A program made the translations under genes and the position numbers. This document shows, piece by piece, positions 1 to 12,455 of a DNA stretch of 64,000 bases; the stretch's first letter is position 1; each line of letters opens with the position of its first letter. Under the pieces are notes generated by a model, which was not told where the DNA came from, ran no database searches, and saw nothing but the letters and a program-made list of their open reading frames with translations. Source of the DNA: Octopus sinensis (taxonomy: Eukaryota). The stretch lies in the NCBI RefSeq assembly GCF_006345805.1, contig NC_043007.1:64666001-64730000 (forward strand), read 5' to 3'.

Positions 1-1097
1 TTTCGCCCTCTGGTTTTGAGTTCTACCTCATATACAATAGCGTCTTTGTTACAGAGACCATTGAGCAAACTAGTGATGATATTCCCACAAAAATAATTAA
101 TTTAAGAACTAGGGTGGGCTTATGCAAAAGCACACTTCTCATGTTGACTTTGGATTGGAAAAACTTTACATGTGTGTCTATTGAATAGCTTACTGTACTT
201 GTGTATGCAAGGAAAATATTTATCAACTAACTTTAGGAAGGCCTACCTACGAGAGGTTTAATATTTAGAGAGAAAGTGGGTGTAAAGCAAATAACTTTGT
301 GGTACTGTTGTCTTTTAGGTGAGCTTAGGCTGAATGTATAAGTGATCTTCAGTTTATATATATTTGTTCATGCATCATTATGCATAGCTGGATGGTTTTG
401 TATTTGAATTGCCAGAATAGTTTTCTGTTTTACAGTTAGATATTATTTCCAGTATCAAAGACTAAAAATGTAAAGCTGGCTATATTCAGCTCATCAATTG
501 GCATGGTTTTAAAACATCAAGTCTTGGATCAATAATTCAGCTCAAATCTGGAGCTTAACTCAATTTCCAAAATGTCAAGTGTTGGGAGTAACATTTCCTC
601 TTAGATAAATAGCTAGTCCAATTCTGCTTTCTTACTCAGAGATAGGCTTCAGCCCCAACAATTAAAAATTGTGAGTAATCAACTGTGGCATTACATTCAA
701 TTAGTTCAATGCACTAAAACTGTCAAACCTGCCAATTTTGTTAACCTGATATTTATTTGAATATAAGGGATGAGACACAAAGTTAAGCTCAGTGGAATTT
801 GAACTATAGAAAGTTAAATTCCAAACAAGTCAGCAAATACTGACAGTAATTTTTTATCTCTCAAAAAAAGAAAAAAGACAAAAAAACCTTTTTTCTGTGC
901 TAGAAGAAATTAAATTAATGCATACACAAAAATAAATATATAAAAGAAACAAGGCAATTTTGCTTCCTCTGAAAATAGATTTGCTTTAAAAAATATTTAT
1001 TTGATATTTTATAATATCACAGCCTATTGTAGCATAAATGAATTATTTAAATCAAAAATATAAAAGAAAAAAAGCATCTTTTTAAAAAATGACTTAC

Positions 1098-1226
1098 GCT
1101 AAACCAATGACTACGAAATCCAACCAATTCCAGGCATCTCTGAGGTATGTAAAGGGTTCTAAGATAAATCCTCGGGCAAACAATTTTATTAATGCCTCAC
1201 ATGTGTAGATTCCGGTAAATACATAT
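1098..1226 (-). CDS. para: Nav1 coding exon 4 (129 nt), domain I S2-S3: (E)[42 protein letters not shown](A)
   Basis: Acceptor ttttgttgaatttttctag|, donor GC|[19 protein letters not shown] is diagnostic and para/Nav1-like. The next exon (S3-S4) was not found in 1-1097. Confidence 0.97.
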
Positions 1227-2347
1227 CTAGAAAAATTCAACAAAAGAATATATGATTATTTTGTTAAAGAATAAAAGATTTCAGAATATTAGAGAAATGA
1301 AAATCCAATGATTAGAGTCAACGATTTTTATAATGAAAGTAAAAGAAAACCAATTTCTGCTTGTAGGCAAAGCAGATATAATATACACTCTTAATATCTC
1401 TTTATAATTGCATTGTTTTTATCTTTTCTAAAAATTTCAGTTTGTAGCAGTGGATAATATTTCAATAACAGAAAAAATTCAGAAAGTTTTGGAAGGATTT
1501 GATATGGAACTTGTGAATCATTCAACTGCTATGTGAAACTTTAATTGACACCTTTATTTCCTGTTGCTTTTTATTTACTGTACAGAAAAAAAAAAGAAAA
1601 AGAAAAAAAACTAGTGCTTGAGCTTAAATATTTTTTTATAATATAACATAAGATTACACATTGTCATTTGAACATTCAATTTGTTCACACATTTTTGTTT
1701 CTTATCTCAGAAGACATACTTTTACTGTTTGGCACCTTTACTACCTCAAACCCCTTAATCTATTTCTAATTAAACAGAATGGGACATGTGAACATAATTT
1801 GTAAATATAGTTTAGAATTCAGTAAGAGATCTGGATTGAGGAATAAAAATAGGATGAGAGATAAAATAACTGTCAATTTCTTGGGCCCCAAGTGGCCAAC
1901 TGTTTTCCTTATTCTTTAAGCTTGCTCTATGTAAATGAGTGACTATAGAAAAAGATGAACATTAAAAGTTAGGATACTGGTTTCACAAACTAAGGCAATA
2001 TTTTGGTACTTATCATTTGATAAATACTCTTATTGTAAACACAGTAACCCATGATAATGCATATTCCTATGAGACATACTTAAATCATTGGCCAAGTGTA
2101 TTTAGTTTTTCCTTATATGCATTATACTATTTTTATACATAATTATATTATGATTTTTACTGCATGGTTAAAAGTTAATTAATTAATAGAAAAAAGTACT
2201 TCTAGTAAGAAAATTGATTTCATAACAGTATCAAAATTGTTGAAAATATCATGACCAGTTACAATTAAGTGTTACAATGAATATCTAGGCATAAAAATGA
2301 AGAATATTGTTTAACATAAGTAAAAAAATATAGAACAATTAAAAACT

Positions 2348-2560
2348 CCCTTTGGTCATGAATGACCATGGGATTGCATCTAAAAAGTTCCCTTCTGAGG
2401 CACAAATCAGGGTAAGGTTGTTTATGGAAGACCAACAGTCACCCATGTATATCAGCATCCCCTCTCCACACCATTGATGTTATCCAGTGATGTTGCAACT
2501 CATTTCTACAACTAAGTGAACTGGAGCAACATGAAATAAAGTTACTTGCTCAGAAAAAAC
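2348..2560 (+). mobile_element. Degenerate SINE-like repeat in Nav1 intron 3
   Basis: 3' motif ...ttctacaactaagtgaactggagcaacatgaaataaagttacttgctcag, related to 47160-47240. Confidence 0.4.
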
Positions 2561-3928
2561 TAACTAATACAGTAACAGCATGTTTTTTTTATTGAGCACT
2601 ATTTTACCTATATTATTACAAGTGTGGCGATAATTAAATGAAATAATTCATATATGTACATATATGATATTTTTTTGATATATTAGACATTTTTTTCAAA
2701 TATTTGATATTTTTAAAATCAAATATTTGATAATTTTTTGCACAATGTGAAAATATTTAAATGGAAATATTAGTATTCCTTAATAATTCTCAGCCTATGA
2801 ATTGAACCTGAGTTATTTTAATGTATGACAAACAGACATTTGTGTGTGTGTATGTGTGTGCATGTATGTACGTATGTACATAAGTACATACATACATACA
2901 AACATACATATATACATACAATAGTTATTCATGCTAGGTGATAAACAGATATAAAAGCTTTTTGTGATGGTTTCCAGGTGTTCCCCAATGACCTAAAACT
3001 AACAAAATCAATCAATAGTCATTGAGAAAATTGAAAAGAAATATAAACATGAATATCTGTTATTATATTGTACAGTAGTGTCTTACATATCAAAACTGGC
3101 TGTATTCATTTCTGTCTTAATAGGCAATATGCAATGAATTTATTTTAGAGTATATATGGTAGACAGCTTGACTTTTGACTACATGTCTTAGACATCAACC
3201 ATCAACAATTATTGTGATCTAATCAAGTTTTCAAAGCAGTTAATGTGGATGACTTACCTGAGTTATTTCCCTCTGTTACTATGTTAGTGTGTCACACCTG
3301 TGTATACCTGTCTTTGTATGAATATGAATATATTTATTTCTCTGTCTATATTGATTTCAAAGATATGTGAAAGACTGCTTCACTGAGGAGATTTAATAGC
3401 AAAAACATATCTAGAGTTGTCACTTTGTTAAAGATCAGAGTGTCCTTTTATTTACTACATTATCTAATTCCAATTTTAATTGTTTGGGATTCTGGTGCAT
3501 CAACTCATTTCAAATGTCCTTTTTCTTTTTGATGTAGGGTTGTTGCCCTTGCTTTTGTTTAGTTTCAGCATTGTTCTACGATGTTTGTCTCTCCTTGATT
3601 GATTTAAGTTATGCTGCTCACTGCATTTGGTATATTAGCACTTCATTAATTATTTTTGCTTCTATTTTGTATTAGGATTAGTACACATGCAAAATAATGT
3701 GGATTAACTGTATTTAAAAGATTTGATACCTTTTCATTCAAGTGTTTATGAAACCGTCAAGTAAAGACCTGAATATAATAAAATCTTCCTATTTCACATC
3801 TATAAACCTGAAGTGTTATACTTAAGTAAAACATTATTTGCCAAATTCTTGTATGATCATGACTATCATAATCACAGAGTTGATTAGATTTCAGTGAATA
3901 ATAAAAGCTGAATAATATTCTTAAACAC

Positions 3929-4527
3929 CTTTAACGCCTTAGCATTCAGATTGTTCTGTCAAATGTAATGCTTATTTATTCACATTCATCATCATCATTT
4001 AATACCTGTTGTCCATGCTGGCATGGGTTGGACAGTTTGACCAGGGTTGGCATGCTGGAAGGCTGCACCAGACTCAAGTCTGATATGGCATGATTTTTTA
4101 TGGATGGATGCCCTTCCTAGCACCAACCACTTCAAGAGTGTAATGGGTACTTTTTACATACCACCAGCACAGATGCCATTTGTGTGACACCAGTATCTGC
4201 CATGGCTGTGATTTTGCTCAGCTTGATGGGTCTTTTTCTCAAGCATGACATAATGCCAAAGGATTCGGTCAGTACCTCTGTGAGGTCCAACACTCAAAAG
4301 TAACTCAGCCATTTTTCCTCCATGAAGCCCAATGCTCAAAGGTGTTCTTTACATGCTACTGGCACATTGTTTTGAATTAATCATACATAATCTTGTAGCT
4401 TCAAGACTTTGATGATGTGATAGCTTATTTTTAAAATTACATTGCAGGGTAAGTTTGATAAGCTAGATCTGGTCATTCTGAACATAAAACAGGTAGATAT
4501 GGCTGGTTTAAATGCTAAAGGGTTAAA
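3929..4527. mobile_element. piggyBac-like MITE interrupted by an RTE-derived 3' fragment (3987-4362)
   Basis: Ends ttaacgccttagcatt / aatgctaaagggttaa (TTAA-CCC-type termini). The insert begins with a (CAT)n tail and is flanked by cacatt on both sides. Confidence 0.55.
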
Positions 4528-4696
4528 ATATTGTGAAAAGTGTTCACAGGCAGATTGTTGATTGTCAATGGTTCTAAGTTATAGCAATTACTGAGGCTTA
4601 AAGAAACCTATCTGAAAATTTTATATTAACCTTCTATAAAATATTCAATGATGTTTAATATCAAACTTTTTAAAGAAATTACTAAAAATTACTTAC

Positions 4697-4780
4697 TCCG
4701 CTGTGGGTAGAGGATTATCCTTCATTGTCATGAATACACAGTTGCAAACAATGGTCAAGATGACCACAAGGCTGAAAAGT
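4697..4780 (-). CDS. para: Nav1 coding exon 3 (84 nt), domain I S1: (P)LFSLVVILTIVCNCVFMTMKDNPLPTA(E)
   Basis: Not in the ORF track; found by hand. Preceded by TTCCTTAGC...catccatAC| and followed by GA|GTAAGT. Frame is continuous with both neighbouring exons, and it carries the S1 motif TI..NCVFM. Confidence 0.95.
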
Positions 4781-5962
4781 GTATGGATGCTAAGGAAGTC
4801 AATAACAAAGAATTTTACATAAAATTAAATCAAAATTAGTAATAAATAACAACCAGAGCCAACTTCAATATTAACCCCAGTACTATTATCAGCATATTCA
4901 TTCTGCCTTTCATAACCTCCTACTATAACTGATCAACTAAGTACCATTTATATATTGAGATTGCATTGAATTTATCTCATCCCTCAAACAAATTAGTTTA
5001 TTTCCTGCTAAAAGAAATAATGATAATCCATGTATCAATCAACAAATGTACAGACATGCAAAATTCTAATGTTTGCTCATTCCTTTCAATTTAAATTGCT
5101 CTAGACTCATTATATCTTGATCACTCCAGACTTACTCAGCAACATATTACATCAGTAAATAGTATATACTGATTACACATGGAGATTGAGGAAGTTTTGA
5201 ACAATCAAGCTATGACTAGAGTTGAAGAAAATTAATTCTGTACTTGTATACATTTGCAGATCCTTTGAAATTTTACAGACTTCTACAATCATTGCTTCTA
5301 TTTTTACTACAATGCCAAAATTATAGCACTGACAAGAGAACTTATTTCTAGAGTGAAAAGGGAATCTCTTTGTCCTGAATGAAAAACTCTTAAAAAAAGT
5401 TTTCAGTCCTAGCTCTCTGAGCTTATCTTTACTCTGGTTATGATTTAACTTTAAGTAACATTTCATATTCATTCATTTATCATTTGTCCATACAACCATA
5501 TAATTTTCATTTTCTCTCCAAAGCAATATCCTTTTCATAAACATTTAAATTTTCCAGTTTCACAAAATATAATTATTTCACAATCCTTTCAAACTTTTAC
5601 TGACTAAAACACTAACAAGACAATAACTTAGTTTTAGAATAGATAGTGAATCTCTATGTCCTGAACAAAATCTCTTGAAATAAATGTTCAGTTTAATAGC
5701 TGAAATCATTAGATTTTAAGTAAACTAACTGATACACTATTTCTTTTTCACACATGTTACTTGTTTCTAGGCAATAAGGTAATAATTATCTAAACAATCA
5801 CTTTTTATTGAATCAAATTGTAGATAATACTAAATTTACTGCCCAATAGCTGCACTACCTTAACTGTTCATCTTCTGTGATACATGGAACTAAATTTTAA
5901 TCACCAAAATACAAAAGTGCAAGAAATCAAAGTCATTTTGAAAACATGAAGGAAAAGGATAT
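4781..5962 (-). other. U12-type (minor spliceosome) AT-AC intron of Nav1, 1182 nt
   Basis: 5' splice site ATATCCTTTT at 5962-5953, branch site TTCCTTAGC at 4797-4789, terminal AC at 4782-4781. Removing it gives in-frame LVHP-LFS. Confidence 0.93.
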
Positions 5963-6081
5963 GGATGGACCAATATACAAATAGCAAGTCGTCTTAATGG
6001 GTTAAATGGACTCAACAGAAAAATAGCTTTCGTTGCGGAAAATCTGAAGATAGTTTTGTCTCTTGCTATTACACAAAAGCA
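5963..6081 (-). CDS. para: Nav1 coding exon 2 (119 nt): [39 protein letters not shown](P)
   Basis: Acceptor ttctttatgttacag|TGC. Contains the IFRFSA...SPFNP.RR.AI.ILVHP Nav signature. Ends CC|ATATCCTTTT, a U12 donor. Confidence 0.96.
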
Positions 6082-6852
6082 CTGTAACATAAAGAAATAA
6101 AATGATACAAATTAATTTTTCATCATTAAAATGCATTCTAGTGCAACAAGTAAATACAATTTTGATACATTTTTCACAATGACAAATCCCCCCTCCCACA
6201 CCAAGACACTGACAGGTGAAAAGTGAAAATTGGAGGAAAATATCTCTTTTCTTTTAGTTTCTGAATAATAAATCCTTTAATATAATCAAGTAGTGGGGAT
6301 GAAATAAAATTTGATATTCATAGAAACTTGATATATTTTTAAGCTATTATTTTATTAGATGCTTTTATATTGAAAAAGAAAAATAGAAAAGATACACTCT
6401 ATCTTTAGTTGCTATAAGAGGCAACTAAAAAGGTTGCTGACAGATAAAGAAACCTGGCTGTAAAACATTGTCTTAAAGAGGGAGCCATGTTGAATATGAT
6501 TAGACTGACATAAAGCTTGCCCAGCAAACCCTTCTTTGACAAGGAAAATTATTTTTGTTGTTATCAGGCTTGTGTATTTTTAAAAGATTTTGAAATTTGA
6601 AATTTGATTTGTTTTCTTCTATGGTTTTGTCAGAAAATTTAGAAGTAAAGGTGTTTATGGCTACTACCTATGATATATTGAGTGATACATGAGTTATAAT
6701 TAAATTATATGAATAATTAAGTGATGTTTCTATTGCACTGTAGGGTACAAAACAAATATAAACAAACACATTTTTACTATCTGAAGCTTTTTTTTTTACT
6801 ACCACAGAGAAATGGTAATGCTAGGAGGAAATGTGCTAGTTGGTGATAATTC

Positions 6853-7990
6853 TATTAGGCTGTTCCGAAAATAATGGCTGATTTCAGAAACATAATTTTA
6901 TTTTGGAAAAATTAACAATAGAAGTTTTTTGATTAGTCAAAGTATGAGCTTTGGACATCTTTACATCTCTGCCATCAATCAACAAGATTATTCATACCTC
7001 GTTGATAAAAACTTATTGGCTTTGATGTTTAGAAATCTTTGAAAGCTGATGTCACCTCTGGTTTGAACCTGAAAGTTTTATCACTTAAAAACGTATTTAA
7101 AGGCTTTAAAATATGGTAGTCAGTGGGTGAAAGATCAGGAGAATATGGAGGATGTGGTAAAGTCTCACATCCCAAGTCTGTGAGTTCCTGCAGTGTCATT
7201 TTTGCAACATGTGACTTTGCATTATCATGGAGCAGAATTGGGTTATGCCGATTCACCAATGCAGATCTAATTTTTTGCAAGTGAGCATGCATTTCAGTGA
7301 GTTGATTGCAATAAACCTCTGCTGTAATGCTCTGATTGGCTTCCATAAAGCTGTAATGAACAACACCAATTGCAAACCACCAGACAGTCACCATAATCTT
7401 TTACTGATGCAACTTTGACTTTGGGAAATGTTTGGGGGACTCATCATGATCAAGTCATTGACCTGATCATTAATAGTTACCATAAAGGATCCACTTTGCA
7501 TCACAAGTGACCATTTAGTCAAGAAAAGGATCATTGGTGTTTCGCAGAAAGAGCATTGAGCACACTTCAAAATGCTGAACTTTTTGATTTTCATTGAGCT
7601 CATGCAGTACCCATTTATCAAGCTTTTTCACCTAACCAATCTTCTGCAGATTGCGTGAAACTGTTACAATACCGACAACAAGTGCTTGAGATATTTTGCT
7701 GACACTTTGACATGGGTTTTGTTCAACAATTGCTTTTCAATTGTTCATTGTCAAGACTGCCTGACTGTCCTCTTCCTTCTTCATCTTCAATGCTTTCATT
7801 ACCACCACAGAATTTCTGAAAACACCTTTTATACTGTGTGATCACTTGTGGACCCCTCTCCCTATGCTCTGTTGATATTGGCAGCAGCTTGGGAGGCATT
7901 GTGCCCAAGCTTGAACTCATGCAAGAAAAGTAAGCGAAGGTCCTTTTTTATCATGTTCATAATTAAGGGTGCCTATGCTTCAAAATGTTT
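6853..7990 (-). mobile_element. Mariner (Hsmar1/cecropia-like) transposase relic in Nav1 intron 1
   Basis: LLHDNAKSH, HPPYSPDLSPTDYH, N-terminal LFLHEFKLGHNASQAAANINRA and FQKFCGGNESIEDEEGRG. One TIR, tattaggctgttccgaaaataatgg. Multiple stops and frameshifts. Confidence 0.9.
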
Positions 7991-8499
7991 CTGTCTGAAA
8001 TAAGTAGAAAATTATTAAAGAGCATACATTAATTATTAGGTATGTTGAAATTCACCTAAAATATAATTAAAATACTATGATAAAATTGCATTTCAAAGCA
8101 CAACACTTAGAGTGGCCATTATATTCTGATCAACCAAATAGTAGGATGTGTTAAGTTTAAGCCAAGACATTTTTGAAAAATCGACAGAAAACAGATTATT
8201 ATTCTCTGGAGAAATAGTTACAATAGTCTCCAATTTATTTGTGTCAGTTTTCTAAAACTTGGATTTTCTTTAATGAATTTTCTTAGGTGTAATTAATAAT
8301 TTGAAAATGTACAGTAGTGGTTTCCAAAGTAGGCAGCATTTTTCTCATCTTCCTGGAGGGCAGGGAGTATAGTGGAAAGATCCAAAGAGGAAAAAGGGAC
8401 CAATAGAGTCAATCTCTTATTTACTCTATTGTCAATAAGACACAGTCATATTTATTATATTTAAGTGTTATCTAATATTTCATGAATGCACATATATTG

Positions 8500-8700
8500 A
8501 TATTATAAGATAAGTTAATTCTTTGGCTCAAAAAGCAAAAAGCAAGGCCATGTAGGGGGACATGGAGTTATGTACAGGGTGGTGTTCATGCAAAGAGTTC
8601 AGGCCATTTCTGGTCAAGGGAGACTTTGAACCGAGCAGTTGTCGGCATCTTCACTATCTCGTCCGGCAGCTTATTCAGAGTGGTTATTTTGAGTAATAAT
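8500..8700 (-). mobile_element. CR1/L2-like LINE 3' end fragment
   Basis: Minus strand reads LNKLPDEIVKMPTTARFKVSLDQKWPELFA*, the typical WNxLP..V....FK..LD terminus. Confidence 0.6.
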
Positions 8701-9289
8701 ATCCTAACAAGCAGCATAAAATCTTGAGTCCTGTACAGATAATAAAATCTCTCAACGTCCTACACATTAGATTATTGATATATTAATCAATAATGCTGTA
8801 TATAGATATGCCTGAGACTTCAGGATCTTTTTTTGTTTTTACTAAAAATACCAGACTGGGCAATCAACTCATTCCTGGATATCAAGAATGAGGAAACAGG
8901 AATGGTAGAGGAAGGATTGATTTCACTCTAAAATGACACTAAAATAAGGCCAAAATATGAAAAAAACAAAAAATTACATTATAATGATTTTCAGTTACAA
9001 AAATACATTTTTCTCTGTAATCTGCATTATTGAACAAAGTCAAGATGTATTTTATTGTTTTCCTAACATCATATTTAGTGGATTTAGTAGAACAAGGCTT
9101 CAGTGCATTGTCCCAGTTTCTTTCCAAACAAAGAAACTAAAAATTACTGAATGTGAGGACCTAAGACTTTTCTCAGTACATTCCTGATTGATGCTGAGAA
9201 GTTGATACACCTGCAACAAGCCTTTGCCATCCCATTAAAACTGTGAAGCTAATGTAGTCACATGTGAAATGTAAATTTACTTGCTCATA

Positions 9290-9470
9290 TTGGTTACAAA
9301 TTTTGGCACAAGGCCAGCAATTTTGAGGGGGTGTATCAATTACACTGACCCCAAAAAGATGAAAGGTAAATTTGACCTCAGTGGAATTTGAACTCAGAAC
9401 CTAAAGATGGATGAAATCCTGCTAGGCATTTTGCCTGGCATGCTGATAATTCAGCCAGCTCACCACCTTA
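9290..9470 (+). mobile_element. Interspersed SINE-like family (ggccagcaattt...gaatttgaactcagaa)
   Basis: Related copies at about 12050-12205, 32915-33045 and 44555-44790. Confidence 0.6.
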
Positions 9471-10731
9471 AATTTACTTGTCATACTGCTGACTAAATCA
9501 ATTTATTGGATTAAGTTTTAATTTGTAAAATACATAAGTTTGTTTACAGTGATAGATTAGCTATTGTAAATCAGCAGTAGACTAAATACTGATACCAAGA
9601 AAGAAGTGTGTTTGTTGTATGTGAGTGCATAGGATGGGGTGTTAGGGATGTGGCTTGTGAGCAAAGAAGGGCAGCAACTGGAAAAAGTCTAAGAACCATT
9701 GATCAGCAGTAACTATTTCAGCTTGATCTTAATCCCAAAATATGAATGAGTAGCATTCACATTCCTGTCCCATAGTTTGTTAATTCTTGTAATAACACTT
9801 ATTTTTTTTTTTCAGTATTTAAAATTATCATATCTTATACTTTAGGGATATTGGTCATAATTTAAGAATTCTTTCTTTTTGGAATATGTTTGATAGACTT
9901 GAATCTTTTAATATTTCCCTTTGATTATAAAATATACTTCTAAAATTTTAAGATTTCACCCATTTTTGTATGCTTTAGATTTACTAATTTCTAAAATACA
10001 TTTATTCCATCTCCTCTTAATGTTACAAGATAAATTTTCATTGACAGAAGAGCAATTTTAAAATATATTTTTTATAAAAAAGAAAGCTTTCAAAGTCCCA
10101 TCATCATATTATCATATACCATATTTGTTTAGGCTTAAAGAAATCCAACTTGTTCTTAAATCTGGAACCATTCCTAATTAGTTGAGTTAATAAACAATTC
10201 TTAAAATTGTAATTATTTCATTCTGATAAAATGGTTCATATAACTTAAATATTATATCTCCAATAAGAGATGAGCAATAATGTAAAATTTGGCATAAAGA
10301 ATTAGCAAGTATAGACAAAAGGCTTAATTAAAATATTTGACAAAAGTGTTATCGCTGTTATTGTTAGTCTGGCTATAAGAATAAGTGTACTAGTATCAAG
10401 CTACAAAGAAAAAAAAAAAAAAAGCAAGAGCACTGCATAAACAAACCTATTTATTGTTTATTGATTTGTATCAATTGGAAAACAGTTTTAAATGCTGAGA
10501 TTTGCTCAATAACTAACAATCATACAATAAATAAAACCACTGTGGGGTTTTCTTTCCTTATATAGTTAAGCAACAAATTCTGTCTTTGGGAAAACAACTT
10601 ATACAACCAAAAGATATCTATTAACATTTATAGAAATTAGAATTTCTAAATTATTTCAATCAAATTATTTTTACACATGCACTATTCAGAATCAATTTAA
10701 AATTTATAGAAAAAAGTTATGTTTAACAAAC

Positions 10732-11006
10732 CTTCATATTATGATAGTACTCATCAAGATCTTCCAGTGGCCGACCCTGAAACTTTCCAGGCACGTCCCC
10801 AATAGAAGGGGGAAGGCTTTACCAGCTTCAAATTTAGGGTTCGGCTTCAGTTCCATTACATTTTCTTCTTCATCAGAATCTGCGTCCTCTGCTTGAGCAC
10901 GCCTCTCGGCAATCCGGCGTTCGATGTCAAACAAGGTTTCCCTTGTGAACAGCCGGAAATAACCGGATCTTCCAGAATCTGCTTCCACATCTCTGTCCGT
11001 TTCCAT
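10732..11006 (-). CDS. para: Voltage-gated Na+ channel alpha subunit (Nav1/para-like), first coding exon (cytoplasmic N-terminus); 1-nt frameshift as assembled
   Basis: ATG at 11006 in GCCATGG context gives METDRDVEADSGRSGYFRLFTRETLFDIERRIAERR...KPNPKFEAGKAFP, matching the Nav FRxFTRESL..IExRI motif. After a +1 correction it reads GDVPGKFQGRPLEDLDEYYHNMK (Nav PLEDLDxxY motif) and ends at AAG|GTTTGT. Length is 275 nt, but 276 is needed for the phase-0 join to the next exon. Confidence 0.93.
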
Positions 11007-11092
11007 GGCTTTTATCACTACTCTCCTTCTTAGCTAGCACCAACCACACTGATTCTAAAAAATGATCCAGTGTAGCATCCTTTGAGGAAATA
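11007..11092 (-). promoter_or_regulatory. 5'UTR part of the first coding exon, with splice acceptor and a short uORF
   Basis: Polypyrimidine acceptor ctattttttgccttcttttcag| ending at 11093. uORF ATG CTA CAC TGG ATC ATT TTT TAG at 11078-11055. Confidence 0.6.
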
Positions 11093-11609
11093 CTGAAAAG
11101 AAGGCAAAAAATAGATGTGATATTTGCTTCTTTTTAAAAGAATTTTAGCATTGATCAACAATAATAATAGTTTCTAAAATGGGCAAAAAACACAACATTT
11201 TGGGATAGGTATAATTGATTACATTGAACACAGTACTTTGCCAGTACTTATTTACTGACTTTGCAAAATAAGAGACATAATCAACTCACAACATAAAAAG
11301 ACAACTAAATATAGTAAAGAATTTTGCCAGATAATCTACTGATTCTGCCATCCACCCACATTCTAAAACATGAATAACAATGAGCCAACAAGGAAACCTC
11401 AATGTAGTTATTTGGCCTGCTAGAAATCACACTTTACCATCTGATAAAAGGAAGGACCCTTTGAATAAGATAGTCCTAGCTACACTACCTGAAAGGAAGA
11501 GGGATAGTTACAGTTGGAAAACCCTTTATCATGCACTCGCTTGTTTAGGGCTCACTCAGAGCTAAATAATGACACCAGTAATGATAACTTTGAGCTTTTA
11601 TATAACTCT

Positions 11610-12000
11610 CATCATCATCATTTAACATCCGTTTTCCATGCTGGCATGGCTTGGACAGTTTGACTGGGGACTGGCAAGCTAGTAAGCTGCACCAGGCTCC
11701 AATTTGATCTGGCGAGGTTTCTACAGCTGGATGCCCTTCTTAATGCCAACCATTCCAAGAGTGTAGTGGGTGCTCTTTATGTGCCACTGGCATGGGAACC
11801 AGTCAGGTGGCACTGACATCAACTACTTTTGGATGGTGCTTTTTACATACCACCAGCACAGGAGCCAGTAGAGATGAGTGGGGGGGGGGGGCTGGCATCG
11901 ACCATGTTTTTATGTGCCACCGGCACGGGGAGCCAGTCAGATGGCACTGACATCGGGCACAACTACAATTTCCATTTTGATCTTAATCTTGATTTGATTC
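11610..12000 (-). mobile_element. RTE-LINE-derived 3' tail repeat
   Basis: (CAT)n-ttaacatccgttttccatgctggcatgg...ggatgcccttc motif, shared with 19560-19749, 39886-40110, 48345-48500, 59260-59570, 21400-21530 and 53645-53690. Confidence 0.75.
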
Positions 12001-12455
12001 TGATTAATCAAAATCAACTCTGCCAGTAACAATTATAATAATTGATTCTACTAAAGGCACAAAGCCTGAAATTTGAGATAGGTGTCAGCTGATACTTCAT
12101 TGGTATTTTATTTTATCAATCTCAACAGGATGAAAGGCAAAGAGTTGGTCTCTTTGAACTCAGAATGTAAAGAAGCAAAAGAAATACTGCAAAGCATTTT
12201 GTCAAAATACTCTGAGTCTTTCTTTAAAACATTTTAATATATTATGGTTGAAATAACCAATCACTTGAAACAGCACAATATTAGAACCCGTCAAATATTA
12301 CACATGTAGAAAATAAAGGATGTACATAAATAACAATAAAGTTAGATACAATAATATCCTTTTATATTGTCACCAGAAATAGCCCTCTCAATATCTAAGT
12401 GGCACTAGAATTCAAATAGGTTAAATCAGCATGTATTCTTTCAAAGGTCATAAAA

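Noticed and set aside
1-1097. Search for the Nav1 S3-S4 exon (LRTFRVLRALK-type)
   Set aside because: No such motif on the minus strand; the exon must lie left of the window.
5330-5730. Two related ~100-bp segments inside the U12 intron, considered as an editing-complementary structure
   Set aside because: They are direct rather than inverted repeats, and I saw no complementarity to the flanking exons.
10820-10826. Cryptic donor GCTG|GTAAAG upstream of the frameshift as a way to bypass it
   Set aside because: It gives phase 1, but exon 2 needs phase 0, and it would delete the conserved PLEDLD motif.
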